From: an uncultured Microthrixaceae bacterium
Lineage (GTDB): Bacteria > Actinomycetota > Acidimicrobiia > Acidimicrobiales > DATDAH01
Assembly: GCA_963777805.1 (NCBI GenBank)
Contig: CAVZRY010000012.1
Span: 112,704 to 176,703 of the forward strand
DNA: 64,000 bases
Direction of reading: 5' to 3'
Part shown: positions 31,404 to 44,012 of the stretch, in pieces
How the letters are laid out: each line of letters opens with the position of its first letter
Position numbering within the stretch: position 1 is the first letter of the stretch
Made by a program: the position numbers and the translations under genes
The notes under the pieces: model-generated
The model's input: only the letters and a program-made list of their open reading frames with translations
What the model was told of the DNA's origin: nothing
Database searches by the model: none

Positions 31404-33320
31404 TCAGTCGGCCAGGTCGGGGAGGTCCCGGTAGTGGTCGAGGGCCTCGGGGTTGGCGAGGGCCTCGACGTTGCGGACGACCTCGCCGTGGATCACGGCC
31501 CGGACGGCGAGCTCGGTGATCTTGCCGCTGCGGGTGCGAGGGATCTCCGGCACGGCCACGACCTTGGCGGGGACGTGGCGGGGGGTCGTGTTCTCCCGGA
31601 TGCGGCGGCGGATGCGGTCCCGGAGGTCGTCGTCGAGGACCTCGCCCTCCCGGAGCACCACGAAGAGGACGATGCGGGTGTCGCCCTGGTGGTCCTGGCC
31701 GACCGCCAGGGCCTCGGCCACCTCGGGGACCTGCTCGACCTGCCGGTAGATCTCGGCGGTGCCGATGCGCACACCGCCGGGGTTGAGGGTGGCGTCGGAC
31801 CGGCCGTGGATGACCAGGCCCCCGTGCTCGGTCCAGGCCGCGAAGTCGCCCTGGTGCCAGGCGCCCGGGATGCGCTCGAAGTAGGCCCCGCGGTACCGGC
31901 TGCCGTCGTCGTCGCCCCAGAACCCGAGGGGCATGGACGGGAACGGGGTGCGGCAGACGAGCTCCCCCTTCTCCCCCGGCGGCAGCGAGCTGCCGGCGTC
32001 GTCGACCACGTCGATGTCCAGGCCGAGGGCGGGGCGCTGGATCTCCCCCCGCCACACCGGGCTGGTCGGATCGCCGGCGACGAGGCAGCCACACAGGTCG
32101 GTGCCGCCGGAGATGGAGGCCAGGTGGACGTCGGCCTTCACGTGGTCGTAGACGTAGTCGAAGCCCTCGGGGACGAGCGGCGAGCCGGTGGAGGTGATGG
32201 TCCGCACCGAGGTGAGATCATGGGTCGCCCTCGGGTCCAGGCCCGACCGGTCGAGAGCGTCGATGAACTTGGCCGAGGTGCCGAACAGGGTCACGCCCTG
32301 CTCGTCGGCCAGGTCGAACAGCGTCGACGGGGGATGGGACGGCGAGCCGTCGTAGAGGACGAGCGTGGCCCCTGACGCCAGGCCCGACGCCAGCCAGTTC
32401 CACATCATCCAGCCCGCGGTCGTGAAGTAGAAGACCCGATCGCCGGGGCGCACGTCGCAATGCAGCTGGTGCTCGACCAGGTGCTTCAGCAGCACCCCAC
32501 CGGTGCGGTGGACGATGGCCTTCGGCTTCCCCGTGGTGCCCGACGAGTAGAGGACGTACCAGGGGTGGTCGAAGGGGTACCGCTCCGGCGTGAGGGCGCC
32601 ACCGACGTGCGCGGCGAGGACGTCGGGCCAGGCGTCGGTCCCCGCCGGGGGCTCGGCGCCGAGATACGGCACGACGATCGTCCGGCGCAGGCTCGGCAGG
32701 CCGGCCCGGATCTCGGCCAGCCGGGGCAGGCAGTCGTTGGCCCTGCCGCCGTAGACATAGCCATCCGCGGCGACGAGGACGGTGGGCTCGACCTGACCGA
32801 AGCGGTCGAGGACACCCGCCGTGCCGAAGTCGGGAGACGTGGAGGAGAAGGTGGCGCCGACCGCCGCCGTGGCCAGCATGGTCACGATCGTCTCGGGGAT
32901 GTTGGGCAGCCAGGCCGCCACCCGGTGGCCCGGTCCCACCCCGGTCTCGGCCAGCGCGGCGGCGAGGGCCGCGACCTGGGACCGGAGCTCGTCCCAGCTC
33001 AGGGTGCGGCGCCGGCCGTCTTCTCCGGCTTCGATCAGCGCCGGACCGCCGCCGGTCGTGGCCAGAAAGGTCTCGACCACGTTGAGCCGGGCGTCCGGGA
33101 AGAAGCGGGCGTCGGGCAGGGTGGCACCGGGCACGAGGGCTGTGGCCCCCCGCTCCCCCACCAGCCCGCAGGCGTCCCAGGCCGCGGACCAGAACGCGCC
33201 CGGGTCGGCGACCGACCAGGCGTGCAGCGCCTCGTAGCCGTCGTGACCCTGGTCCCGGGCGAAGGCGGCGAGCCGACTACCGGCGGCGCGCTCCTCCGAC
33301 GGCGTCCAGATCGCGCTCAC
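31404..33320 (-). CDS. Acetoacetate-CoA ligase (acetoacetyl-CoA synthetase)
   Basis: FFPDARLN, YSSGTTGKPK, GWMMWNW, SISGGTD, GRSDATLNPGGVRIGTAEIY, NVEALANP. Confidence 0.93.
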   Translation of the reverse strand: MSAIWTPSEERAAGSRLAAFARDQGHDGYEALHAWSVADPGAFWSAAWDACGLVGERGATALVPGATLPDARFFPDARLNVVETFLATTGGGPALIEAGEDGRRRTLSWDELRSQVAALAAALAETGVGPGHRVAAWLPNIPETIVTMLATAAVGATFSSTSPDFGTAGVLDRFGQVEPTVLVAADGYVYGGRANDCLPRLAEIRAGLPSLRRTIVVPYLGAEPPAGTDAWPDVLAAHVGGALTPERYPFDHPWYVLYSSGTTGKPKAIVHRTGGVLLKHLVEHQLHCDVRPGDRVFYFTTAGWMMWNWLASGLASGATLVLYDGSPSHPPSTLFDLADEQGVTLFGTSAKFIDALDRSGLDPRATHDLTSVRTITSTGSPLVPEGFDYVYDHVKADVHLASISGGTDLCGCLVAGDPTSPVWRGEIQRPALGLDIDVVDDAGSSLPPGEKGELVCRTPFPSMPLGFWGDDDGSRYRGAYFERIPGAWHQGDFAAWTEHGGLVIHGRSDATLNPGGVRIGTAEIYRQVEQVPEVAEALAVGQDHQGDTRIVLFVVLREGEVLDDDLRDRIRRRIRENTTPRHVPAKVVAVPEIPRTRSGKITELAVRAVIHGEVVRNVEALANPEALDHYRDLPDLAD

Positions 33321-33384
33321 CTCCGCGTTCTTACCCGGATTGTGGTCGTGGGGGCGACCAGGATCCGGGGGAGAACCGGATCAG

Positions 33385-33846
33385 TCAGTCCTCGACCTCG
33401 TCGCGGACGACCAGGACGGGGCAGGGGGCGTGACGGACGAGGTGGTCCGAGACCGAGCCGAGCAGGGCCCGCTTGATGGCCCCGTGGCCCCGGGAGCCGA
33501 CGACCACGACCGTGGCCTCGACCTCCTCGGCGAACAGCATCAACTCGACCCCGGGTTCCCCCAGGAGCACCTGGGTCTCGAGCCCCGGCTGGTCCAGGGC
33601 CGCCACCGCGGCCTGCACGACGGCCTCACCCTCCTCGGAACGGACCTCGTTGAGCTCCTGGAGCTGCTCAGGGGAGAGGGCGCCACCGGCCATGCCCGAC
33701 ACCCCGCTGACGAGGGTCGGGTTGCCGCCCTCCACGACCGTCACCACGATCGTGCGCCCACCCGGGGCCAGTCGGGCGAGACCGGTGGCCGCCGCCCCGA
33801 TCGCATGCTCGGATCCGTCCACGCACAGCAGCACGACCTGGTCCAT
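33385..33846 (-). CDS. Universal stress protein
   Basis: VDGSEHA..VVVGSRGHG..LLGSVSDHLVRHAPCPVLVVR. Confidence 0.93.
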   Translation of the reverse strand: MDQVVLLCVDGSEHAIGAAATGLARLAPGGRTIVVTVVEGGNPTLVSGVSGMAGGALSPEQLQELNEVRSEEGEAVVQAAVAALDQPGLETQVLLGEPGVELMLFAEEVEATVVVVGSRGHGAIKRALLGSVSDHLVRHAPCPVLVVRDEVED

Positions 33847-33873
33847 GGACCGAGTCTGCCCGGTGGGGCGGAG

Positions 33874-35077
<1,204 letters not shown>

Positions 35078-35199
35078 AGGGCCAGGAGGCTACCGGCCGG
35101 GGTTTGCCGTAAGGGACGCTGCGAGCGGAGCGCAGCAGCTTTGCCGATGATGCCGATAGCTGCCGTAGGCAGCGGAGCCGCGGCAGGCGGCGACCATGT

Positions 35200-36057
35200 T
35201 CAGAGGTTCAGCTCGGCGAGGACGGCCAGGGCGGCGTCGGACCGGTTGAGGGTGAAGAGGTGGATGCCGGGGGCGCCGGCGGCGAGGAGGCGCTCGGCGA
35301 CGAGGGTCCCGATCTCCACGGCGACGTCCACGACCGCGGCCTCGTCGTCACCGGCGGCCTCGAGGCGCTCGACGATGTCCTCGCCCGGGAGCTTGGACTG
35401 GTTCATCGCCGACATCCGGGTCAGGCCGCCCAGGTTGCGGAAGAGCATGATCCCGGGCAGGACCGGCGTGTGGCAGCCGAGGTCGGCCAGCTCCTCGACC
35501 ATGAGGAGGTGGTCGTTGGGATCGAAGAAGAAGTTGGTCACGCCGAAGTCGGCCATCATCAGCTTCTCGGCCAGCCGGCGGCGGTCGGACTCGGCGTCGG
35601 GTGACCGGGGGTGCAGCTCGGGCTGGGCGGCCACCCCGATGGAGAAGTCGGCGCCGTGGGCCCGGATGACCTCGACCAGCTCACAGGCGTAGGCGAACTC
35701 GCCGCCGGCCTCGCTGCCGTCGGCGGGCGGGTCGCCACCGAGGGCCAGGATGTTCTCGACGCCGGCCTCGGCGTACTGGTCGAGGAGCTCCTTGACCTGG
35801 TCGTGGGAGTGCCCGATGCAGGTCAGGTGGGCCATGACCGGGAAGTCGTTCTCCCGGTTCATGTCGATGACCAGCTCGGCGGTCAGGTCCCGGGTGCTGC
35901 CCCCGGCCCCGTAGGTGACCGACATGAAGCTGGGATTGCTGGGCGCCAGTTCGGCGACGGCCTGCTTCAGATTGTCGATGCCGACGGGGGTCTTGGGCGG
36001 GAAGAACTCGAAGGAGATCGTCCGGCCCTGCGCCAGGAGGTCAGAGATCTTCGCCAT
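35200..36057 (-). CDS. metF: Methylenetetrahydrofolate reductase
   Basis: SFEFFPPKT, SVTYGAGG, AHLTC, LALGGD, GIHLFTLN. Confidence 0.93.
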   Translation of the reverse strand: MAKISDLLAQGRTISFEFFPPKTPVGIDNLKQAVAELAPSNPSFMSVTYGAGGSTRDLTAELVIDMNRENDFPVMAHLTCIGHSHDQVKELLDQYAEAGVENILALGGDPPADGSEAGGEFAYACELVEVIRAHGADFSIGVAAQPELHPRSPDAESDRRRLAEKLMMADFGVTNFFFDPNDHLLMVEELADLGCHTPVLPGIMLFRNLGGLTRMSAMNQSKLPGEDIVERLEAAGDDEAAVVDVAVEIGTLVAERLLAAGAPGIHLFTLNRSDAALAVLAELNL

Positions 36058-36070
36058 GTTGCCTCGGAGG

Positions 36071-36931
36071 CTACCGACGCGCTCTGCGCTCGGCGGCCTC
36101 GACGGTGTTCACGAAGAGCATGGCCCGGGTCATGGGGCCGACCCCGCCGATGCGGGGCGAGAGCCAGCCGGCCACCTCAGCCACCTCGTCGGCGACGTCG
36201 GAGACCAACTTCTTGCCTGCGAAGCTGACCCCGGCGGCGACGACCGCGGCCCCGGGCTTGACCATGTCGGCGGTGATCATCCCCGGCGCGCCGGCCGCGG
36301 CGACGAGGATGTCGGCCTGCCGGGTCAGGGCCCCGATGTCGGCGACCCCGGTGTGCACCACGGTGACCGCGGCGTTGGCGTCGGGGCGCTTGAGCGAGAG
36401 CAGGTTGGCCAGGGGTCGGCCGATGGTCAGGCCCCGGCCCACGATCACCACGTGCCGGCCGCTGATGGGCACGTCGTAGTGGACCAGGAGGCGCTGGATC
36501 CCGTGGGGCGTGCAGGGCAGCGGGCCGTCGGTGCCCATGACCAGCTTGCCGAGGTTCACCGGGTGCAGGCCGTCGACGTCCTTGGCCGGGTCCACCCGCA
36601 ACAGGTGGGCCTCGTAGTCGAAGCCCTTCGGGAACGGGTACTGGCAGAGGTACGCATCGACGGCTGGGTCCGCGTTCCACCGGTCGATGACGGCGTCGAT
36701 CTCGGCGGGGTCGACGTCGGCCGGGAGGTGCTCGTCGAACGAGGCGATGCCCAGCTCGGCGGCGTCCCGGTGCTTCATGGCCACGTAGTTCGCACTCGGC
36801 CCGTCGTCGCCCACCAGCAGCGTCCCGAGCCCGGGCGTGACGCCCTCGGCCTTCAGGGCGGCGATCCGGGTGGCGAGATCGGCCTTGATCTCCGCCGCGA
36901 CCGCCTCCCCGTCCAGCACGATCGCCGTCAT
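36071..36931 (-). CDS. folD: Methylene-THF dehydrogenase/cyclohydrolase
   Basis: YVAMK, KDVDGLHP, PCTP, VGRGLTIGRP, GGVGPMT; GAGGAG Shine-Dalgarno. Confidence 0.95.
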   Translation of the reverse strand: MTAIVLDGEAVAAEIKADLATRIAALKAEGVTPGLGTLLVGDDGPSANYVAMKHRDAAELGIASFDEHLPADVDPAEIDAVIDRWNADPAVDAYLCQYPFPKGFDYEAHLLRVDPAKDVDGLHPVNLGKLVMGTDGPLPCTPHGIQRLLVHYDVPISGRHVVIVGRGLTIGRPLANLLSLKRPDANAAVTVVHTGVADIGALTRQADILVAAAGAPGMITADMVKPGAAVVAAGVSFAGKKLVSDVADEVAEVAGWLSPRIGGVGPMTRAMLFVNTVEAAERRARR

Positions 36932-36953
36932 GTTCCGCTCCTCGAGCCGGACG

Positions 36954-37207
36954 AACCGAAGCAGGGAAGGGGGCGAATCGCCCCGCGCCGACCTCCGTTC
37001 TGCCCCTCCACCCTCGTTCTGGCGCCTGATCTTCCGGCCATAGGCGGCAAATCGGGCGCCAGAACGAGCTGATTCCGTTCTGGCGCCTGATTTCCCGGCC
37101 ATAGGCGGCAAATCGGGCGCCAGAAGGGCTGGAGCGGGGCGCAGAAAGCGTTCGGGCGCCACCGAGCCGAGGCCCGCCGTGCCGGCCCCCATCTCTGCCA
37201 TCGGGTT
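36954..37207. repeat. Composite intergenic element B: arm > two tandem REP-like hairpins < arm
   Basis: Arm 36954-36975(+); near-identical hairpins at 37013-37068 and 37075-37127 (TTCTGGCGCCTGAT-N20-ATCGGGCGCCAGAA); arm 37185-37207(-). Confidence 0.8.
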
Positions 37208-37224
37208 GCGGTTCGTGGTGGGCA

Positions 37225-38721
<1,497 letters not shown>

Positions 38722-38727
38722 GGTCGG

Positions 38728-39317
38728 TCAGGGTCCTTCGGGTTCGGGGGGTGGCAGGGTGAGGTCGCCGGCGACGACGGCGGCGACGGTGTCCGGGTAG
38801 AGGCGACGCTCGACGGCCTTGATGCGCTCGTGGAGGGAGTCGACGGTGTCGCCCGGGAGGACGCTGACCGCCTCCTGGGCCACGATCGGCCCGGCATCGA
38901 CCTCGAGGGTGGCCACGTGCACCGTGCACCCGGTGACCTTCACGCCGTAGGCCGAGGGCGTCGGCGCACGCCGTGCCAGCCGGGGAACGAGGGCAGCAGG
39001 GCCGGATGGGTGTTGAGGATGCGGCCGGGGAAGGCGTCGAAGACCGGTTCGGCCAGGATCGTCCCGAACCCGGCCATGGCCACCAGGTCGACCTCCGCCT
39101 CGTGCAGGACGTCCACGATCTCCTTGGAGTAGGCGACCCGGTCGAACCCCGGTCCGAAGTCCTCCCGCTCGACGACGACGGCGGTGATCCCCGCTCCAGC
39201 GGCGATGTCGACCGCCCCGCACGGACGATCGACGACGACCACGACGACCGGCAACGAGCGGTCGACCATGGCGTCGAGGATGGTCCCACTCCCCGAGGCC
39301 AGCACGCCGATCCGCAC
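38728..39317 (-). CDS. purN: Phosphoribosylglycinamide formyltransferase (frameshift near 38960)
   Basis: [36 protein letters not shown]. Confidence 0.94.
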
Positions 39318-39433
39318 GCTCGGAACCTACCGCGCGACACCGCGCGCGGCCTGCGGTCGCCGAGGTCGCGCATCGGCGCTCCACGGTGGTCTAGGTTGCG
39401 TTCGCACCTCTACACGTAGCACCGGGAGACAAC

Positions 39434-39937
39434 GTGGATCTCAACAAGCTCACAACGGGCGACAAGCTGATCGCCGGGTCGACCATCGGCCTGTTCATCT
39501 TCTCGTTCCTGCCGTGGTTCAAGGTCTCGGTGGACGGCGCCGGAGTGTTCGGCGGCTTCGAGGAGAGCATCAGCGGCTGGGACGTCGGCTTCCTCTGGGG
39601 CCGCTTCCCGTTGTTCCTCGCCGTGTTGATGGCGGCGTACGTGGGGATCAAGGCCTTCTCGCCGGACACCAAGCTGCCGACCCTGCCCGTGGCCTGGGGC
39701 CAGGCCCTGCTGGGCGTCGGCTGCCTGTGCGCCTTCCTGGTCATCCTCAAGCTGCTGCTCGGCGAGGACCTCAGCGTCCCCGGCGGCCTCGAGGGCACCG
39801 GGGTCGAGGTGAGCCGTTCCTACGGCCTCTTCCTCTCGGTGATCGCCACCGTCGGCCTCGCCGTGGGTGGCTTCTTCAAGATGCAGGAGGGCGACGACGA
39901 CACCAGCGGCGGCGGCGCTCCCCCGACGACCTTCTGA
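39434..39937 (+). CDS. Hypothetical membrane protein (about 4 TM)
   Basis: 167 aa, FSFLPWF motif, GGAG Shine-Dalgarno, terminator downstream. Confidence 0.8.
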   Translation: MDLNKLTTGDKLIAGSTIGLFIFSFLPWFKVSVDGAGVFGGFEESISGWDVGFLWGRFPLFLAVLMAAYVGIKAFSPDTKLPTLPVAWGQALLGVGCLCAFLVILKLLLGEDLSVPGGLEGTGVEVSRSYGLFLSVIATVGLAVGGFFKMQEGDDDTSGGGAPPTTF

Positions 39938-39953
39938 TCATCACGCTCTGACC

Positions 39954-39985
39954 ACGGCCCCGTCGCCTCCGGGCGGCGGGGCCGT
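39954..39985. terminator. GC-rich hairpin between convergent genes
   Basis: ACGGCCCCGTCGCC-tccg-GGCGGCGGGGCCGT. Confidence 0.7.
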
Positions 39986-39993
39986 TGCGCGCC

Positions 39994-40884
39994 CTACAAG
40001 CTGGCGACGACCTCGGCCATGAGCTCGCCGGCCTCGGTGGGGTTGTTGCCCACCTGGGCACCGGCGCCTGCGCAGGGCCTCCATCTTGGCCGCGGCCGTG
40101 CCCTTGCCGCCGGAGACGATGGCGCCGGCGTGGCCCATCTTCTTGCCCGGCGGGGCGGTGACCCCGGCGATGTAGGCGACGACCGGCTTGGTCATCGGCG
40201 CGGCGATGAACTCGGCCGCCTCTTCCTCGGCCGAGCCGCCGATCTCGCCGATCATCATGACGGCCTTGGTCTCGGGGTCGGCCTCGAAGCGCTCGAGGCA
40301 GTCGATGAACAGGTGCCCGGGCACGGGGTCGCCGCCGATGCCGACGCAGGTGGTCTGGCCGATGCCCTGCTGCGTCAGCTCGTGGAGCGCCTGGTAGGTG
40401 AGGGTGCCGGAGCGGCTCACGATGCCCGACCGGGCCGCCGCCCATGGCGATCTCGCCGGCGGTGATGCCGATGTTGCACTTGCCCGGGGCTGATGATGCC
40501 GGGGCAGTTCGGGCCGAGCAGCTGGACGCTCGGGGTAGTCCCGCTTCAGCACGTTGAAGAACCGGGCCTCGTCCTGGGCGGGGACGCCCTCGGTGATGAC
40601 CACGATCAGCTTCGACGCCGCCCTCGGCCGCCTCGAGCACGGCGTCCGCGACGCCCGGGCGCGGGGATGAAGATGCACGACGCGTTGGCCCCGGTCTCGG
40701 CCACCGCCTCGGCCACGGTGGCGAAGACGGGGATGCCCTCGACGTCGGTGCCGGCCTTCTTCGGGTTGGTCCCGGCCACCACCTGGGTGCCGTACTCCCG
40801 GTTGCGCAGGCCGTAGAAGCGGCCCTGCGAGCCGGTCAGGCCCTGGTACACGACCTTGGTGTTCTCGTCGACGAAGATCGCCAT
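39994..40884 (-). CDS. sucD: Succinyl-CoA synthetase alpha subunit (frameshifted)
   Basis: [45 protein letters not shown]. Confidence 0.95.
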
Positions 40885-40887
40885 CGA

Positions 40888-42034
40888 TCAGGCCCCCTCG
40901 GCGCGAGGGCGACGACGGCGGCGCGGCCTCGAGCATGGTCGGCTGCGGAGATCAGCGTTCTCGGAGGCGTGCTCGGCCAGGATGGCCCGCCCCTCCTCGG
41001 CGTTGGTGCCGTCGAGGCGGATGACGATCGGCGAGCTGATCTCCACCCGACCCAGCGCCTGCACGATGCCGTTGGCCACCTCTTCGCCCCGGGTGATGCC
41101 CCCGAAGATGTTGATGAAGATGGACCGCACCTTCTCGTCGTTGTTGATGACCTCGAGGGCGCCGGCCATCACGTCGGCGTTGGCGCCGCCCCCGATGTCG
41201 AGGAAGTTGGCGGGGCTGCCCCCGACCTGGCTGACGACGTCGACGGTGCTCATGGCCAGGCCGGCGCCGTTGGCGATGATGCCCACGGTGCCGTCGAGGC
41301 CGACGTACTGCAGGCCCTTGTCGTGGGCCGCCTGCTCCCGCTCGTCGCGGACCTGGGTGGCCTCGTACTCGTCCCACTCGTGGCGGAAGGCGGCGTTGTC
41401 GTCCAGGGTCACCTTGGCGTCCAGGGCGTGGACCCGGCCGTCCGGGGTGAGGATCAGCGGGTTGATCTCGCACCAGGTCGGCGTCCCCGTCGGTGAAGGC
41501 GGTGTAGAGCTTGCGGAGGATGTCGACTGCGCCCTCGGTGGCGTCGGGGTTCAGCTTCGCGGCCTCGACCCAGGCCCGGGCATCGGCCTCGCTGAGGCCC
41601 TCGGCCGGGTTCACGTGGATCTTGGCGATGGCGTCGGGGTTCGTGTCGGCCACGTCCTCGATGTCGACCCCGCCCTGGGCGCTGAGCATGCCGAGGTGCT
41701 GCTTGGCCGAGCGGTCGAGGGTGAAGCTGGCGTAGTACTCCTCGGCGATGTCGGAGGCCGCCTCGATCCACACGATCTCGACCGTGTGGCCCTTGATGTC
41801 CATCCCGAGGATGGCGGTGGCGTGCTCCCGGGTCTCCTCGGCGTTGTTGGCCAGCTTGATGCCGCCGGCCTTGCCCCGGCCGCCCACCTGGACCTGGGCC
41901 TTCACCACGACCGGGTAGCCGAGGCGCTCGGACGCGGCCACGGCGTCGTCCACCGTGGTCACGGCTTCACCCGCACTCACCGGTATGGCGAAGGACGCGA
42001 AGAACTGCTTGCCCTGGTATTCGAAGAGATCCAC
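40888..42034 (-). CDS. sucC: Succinyl-CoA synthetase beta subunit (frameshifted)
   Basis: [54 protein letters not shown]. Confidence 0.95.
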
Positions 42035-42097
42035 GGCCGAGCAACCTAGTGAGCGACTCCTGTGTGCCCGAAACCGCCCGGTACGGTCAGGGGCCTC

Positions 42098-42592
42098 ATG
42101 AGCCGGGCAACCCTGTGGATCCTGGGCGGGATCTTCGCCGTCGTGCTGGCCATCTGCGTCGTCGGCGCCGTGCTGATCCTCGCCACCCAGGATTCCGAGG
42201 TCGACGTCAACCTGGGCGACGACGAGTTCGAGATCGAGGAGATCGAGGCCCGGGCCGCCCTGGTGGCCGAGGAGGGGGCCCTGCGCTTCGCCGATCCCAC
42301 CGGCGGCAACCGTCCGATCATCGTGAACCACGTCGGCGACGACCCCGAGACCGGTTGGGTGGCCGTGCTGGCCGTCGCCCCCGGCACCGACGGCTGCATC
42401 GTGGACTGGGACAACGACGACGGCGTCTTCCGGGACTGCGAGGGCACGACCTACCCGCCCGACGGCGAAGGCCTCGACCAGTTCCCCACCCGGGTCGAGG
42501 ACGACACCCTCTACGTCGACCTCGGCCGCGGCCGCGACGACGAGCAGGCCCCCGAACCCGACGACACCATCCCCGTCACCGGCGAGGATTGA
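42098..42592 (+). CDS. Membrane-anchored protein with a degenerate Rieske-like domain
   Basis: N-terminal TM; GCIVDW..GVFRDCEGTTYPPDG..LDQFPTRVEDDTLYVD resembles the Rieske fold but lacks the CxH/CxxH ligands. Confidence 0.65.
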   Translation: MSRATLWILGGIFAVVLAICVVGAVLILATQDSEVDVNLGDDEFEIEEIEARAALVAEEGALRFADPTGGNRPIIVNHVGDDPETGWVAVLAVAPGTDGCIVDWDNDDGVFRDCEGTTYPPDGEGLDQFPTRVEDDTLYVDLGRGRDDEQAPEPDDTIPVTGED

Positions 42593-42954
42593 ACGACACT
42601 GAAACCGAAGCAGGGATGGGGGCGTGGGGTCGGGCCGAGGCTCGTCGGGGGCATGTCGGCCGTCGGGCCGGATGAACGACACCGACGGCAACCACGGCGG
42701 CCGTGGGGTCGCGGCCGAGGGTCGTCGGGGGCGCCATCGACCTGTTCGGTTCCCCGATCTCACGCCCGGTGGTCGACCCGTCGTGCTCGAGGCAATACCT
42801 TGCGGATTTCGCCAGGTATTGCCTCGAGGTCGGCAGTATCCACCCAATGCGGTCCGGAAATGGCGCCCTTGGTCACGGAGGGTGACGAAACAGGCCTCGA
42901 GTGCCCCCGACGACCGGCGGCGCGACACCACGCCCCCGTCCTTGCCTCGGTTTC
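42591..42954. repeat. Composite intergenic element C: arm > arm > hairpin < arm
   Basis: Arms 42591-42653(+), 42674-42732(+) and 42902-42954(-); 15-bp stem CTCGAGGCAATACCT/AGGTATTGCCTCGAG at 42786-42828. Confidence 0.8.
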
Positions 42955-42962
42955 GGTCGGGC

Positions 42963-43965
42963 TCAGCCCGCGGGCGTAGGGGTCCCAGGCCACGGGCGCG
43001 GTCGACAGGTGCCGGGTCAGCCGCTCGAGCACCTGGGCCCGCTCCAGGCCGGACTCGGCGCCGTCGACCAGGCCCAGGCCGGCGCCAGCTCGCCGGGCGG
43101 CTCGGCGAACCAGCGGGCTGAGCCCGGCTCGGCCGCGGTGAGCTCGTCGGCCAAGGGGGCCAGGTCGACGCGGGCCTTGGGTCGGCGGGAGCGGTACTGG
43201 ACCCAGGTCTCATACCGGTAGGTGAAGCGGTAGCGACGGCCCCGCACCACCAGGAGGGCGAAGCGGTCCGTGGCGTTGTTCACCGCCATCGGATGGATGT
43301 CCTCGAAGGCCCGGTGGCTGAACCGGTGGCCGGTCCAGTGCTGATCCGGATCGGCGAAGTCGACGATCGCCAGGTCGACCTCCGGCTGCTCGGAGACCTG
43401 CACGACGCCCGAGGCGATGGCGGCCTCACTGTCGGTCAACGCCCGGTCCTCGTCCTCCCAGAGGTCCTTCACCCGGTCCGGGTTCGCGACCAGCTCGGGG
43501 AGCCGACCGAGCAGCTCCCGGTAGAGGTCGGCGTCGGGATCCTCCGCCAGCGGGGCGACCGGCGACCGCTCCGCGTCGGCGAACGCGTGCACGACCATCG
43601 ACAGGCGGGCGGCCTCGCGGAACCGGTAGGTGCCGAAGTCCCCGGCCGCGGCCAGGTCCTCGAGCAGGGTCCGGTGGGCCAGGGCGTGATCCGGCGCGCT
43701 GAGGGCGTGGACGGCGACCAGACCGTCCTGGTCGAAGTGGTTGTTGGTGACCAGCTCGGCGTCGCCGTGGAGGTCGGCGCCCCGGTCCAGGTAACGAAAG
43801 GCCATCTGGGCCGACAGATCGGCCTCGGTGTCCGCCGGCGCAGTCGATGCCGGGCCAGTGGGTCAGGCTCAGGACGGTGCCGGGGTTGGGGGAACCGTCG
43901 ACGACGACGTTGGGGCGGTCGACGGTGGCCTCATAGGCCTCGAAGCGCAGTGGGGTCGGGGACAT
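42963..43965 (-). CDS. Conserved hypothetical protein (DUF6687-like), frameshifted
   Basis: NVVVDG..LSLTHWPG, VTNNHFDQDG, AAAGDFG, YRYETWVQY. Confidence 0.7.
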
Positions 43966-44012
43966 CGGCCGGACGGTACGACCTCAACCCCACTCGAGGT
44001 CAAGGGCCGCTC

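Noticed and set aside
35142-35167. Three TGCCG(A/T) repeats upstream of icd
   Set aside because: They are short and irregularly spaced with no second instance seen, so they cannot be distinguished from chance.
37013-37127. Mini CRISPR array
   Set aside because: There are only two ~55-nt palindromic units separated by about 6 nt, with no unique spacers and no cas genes.
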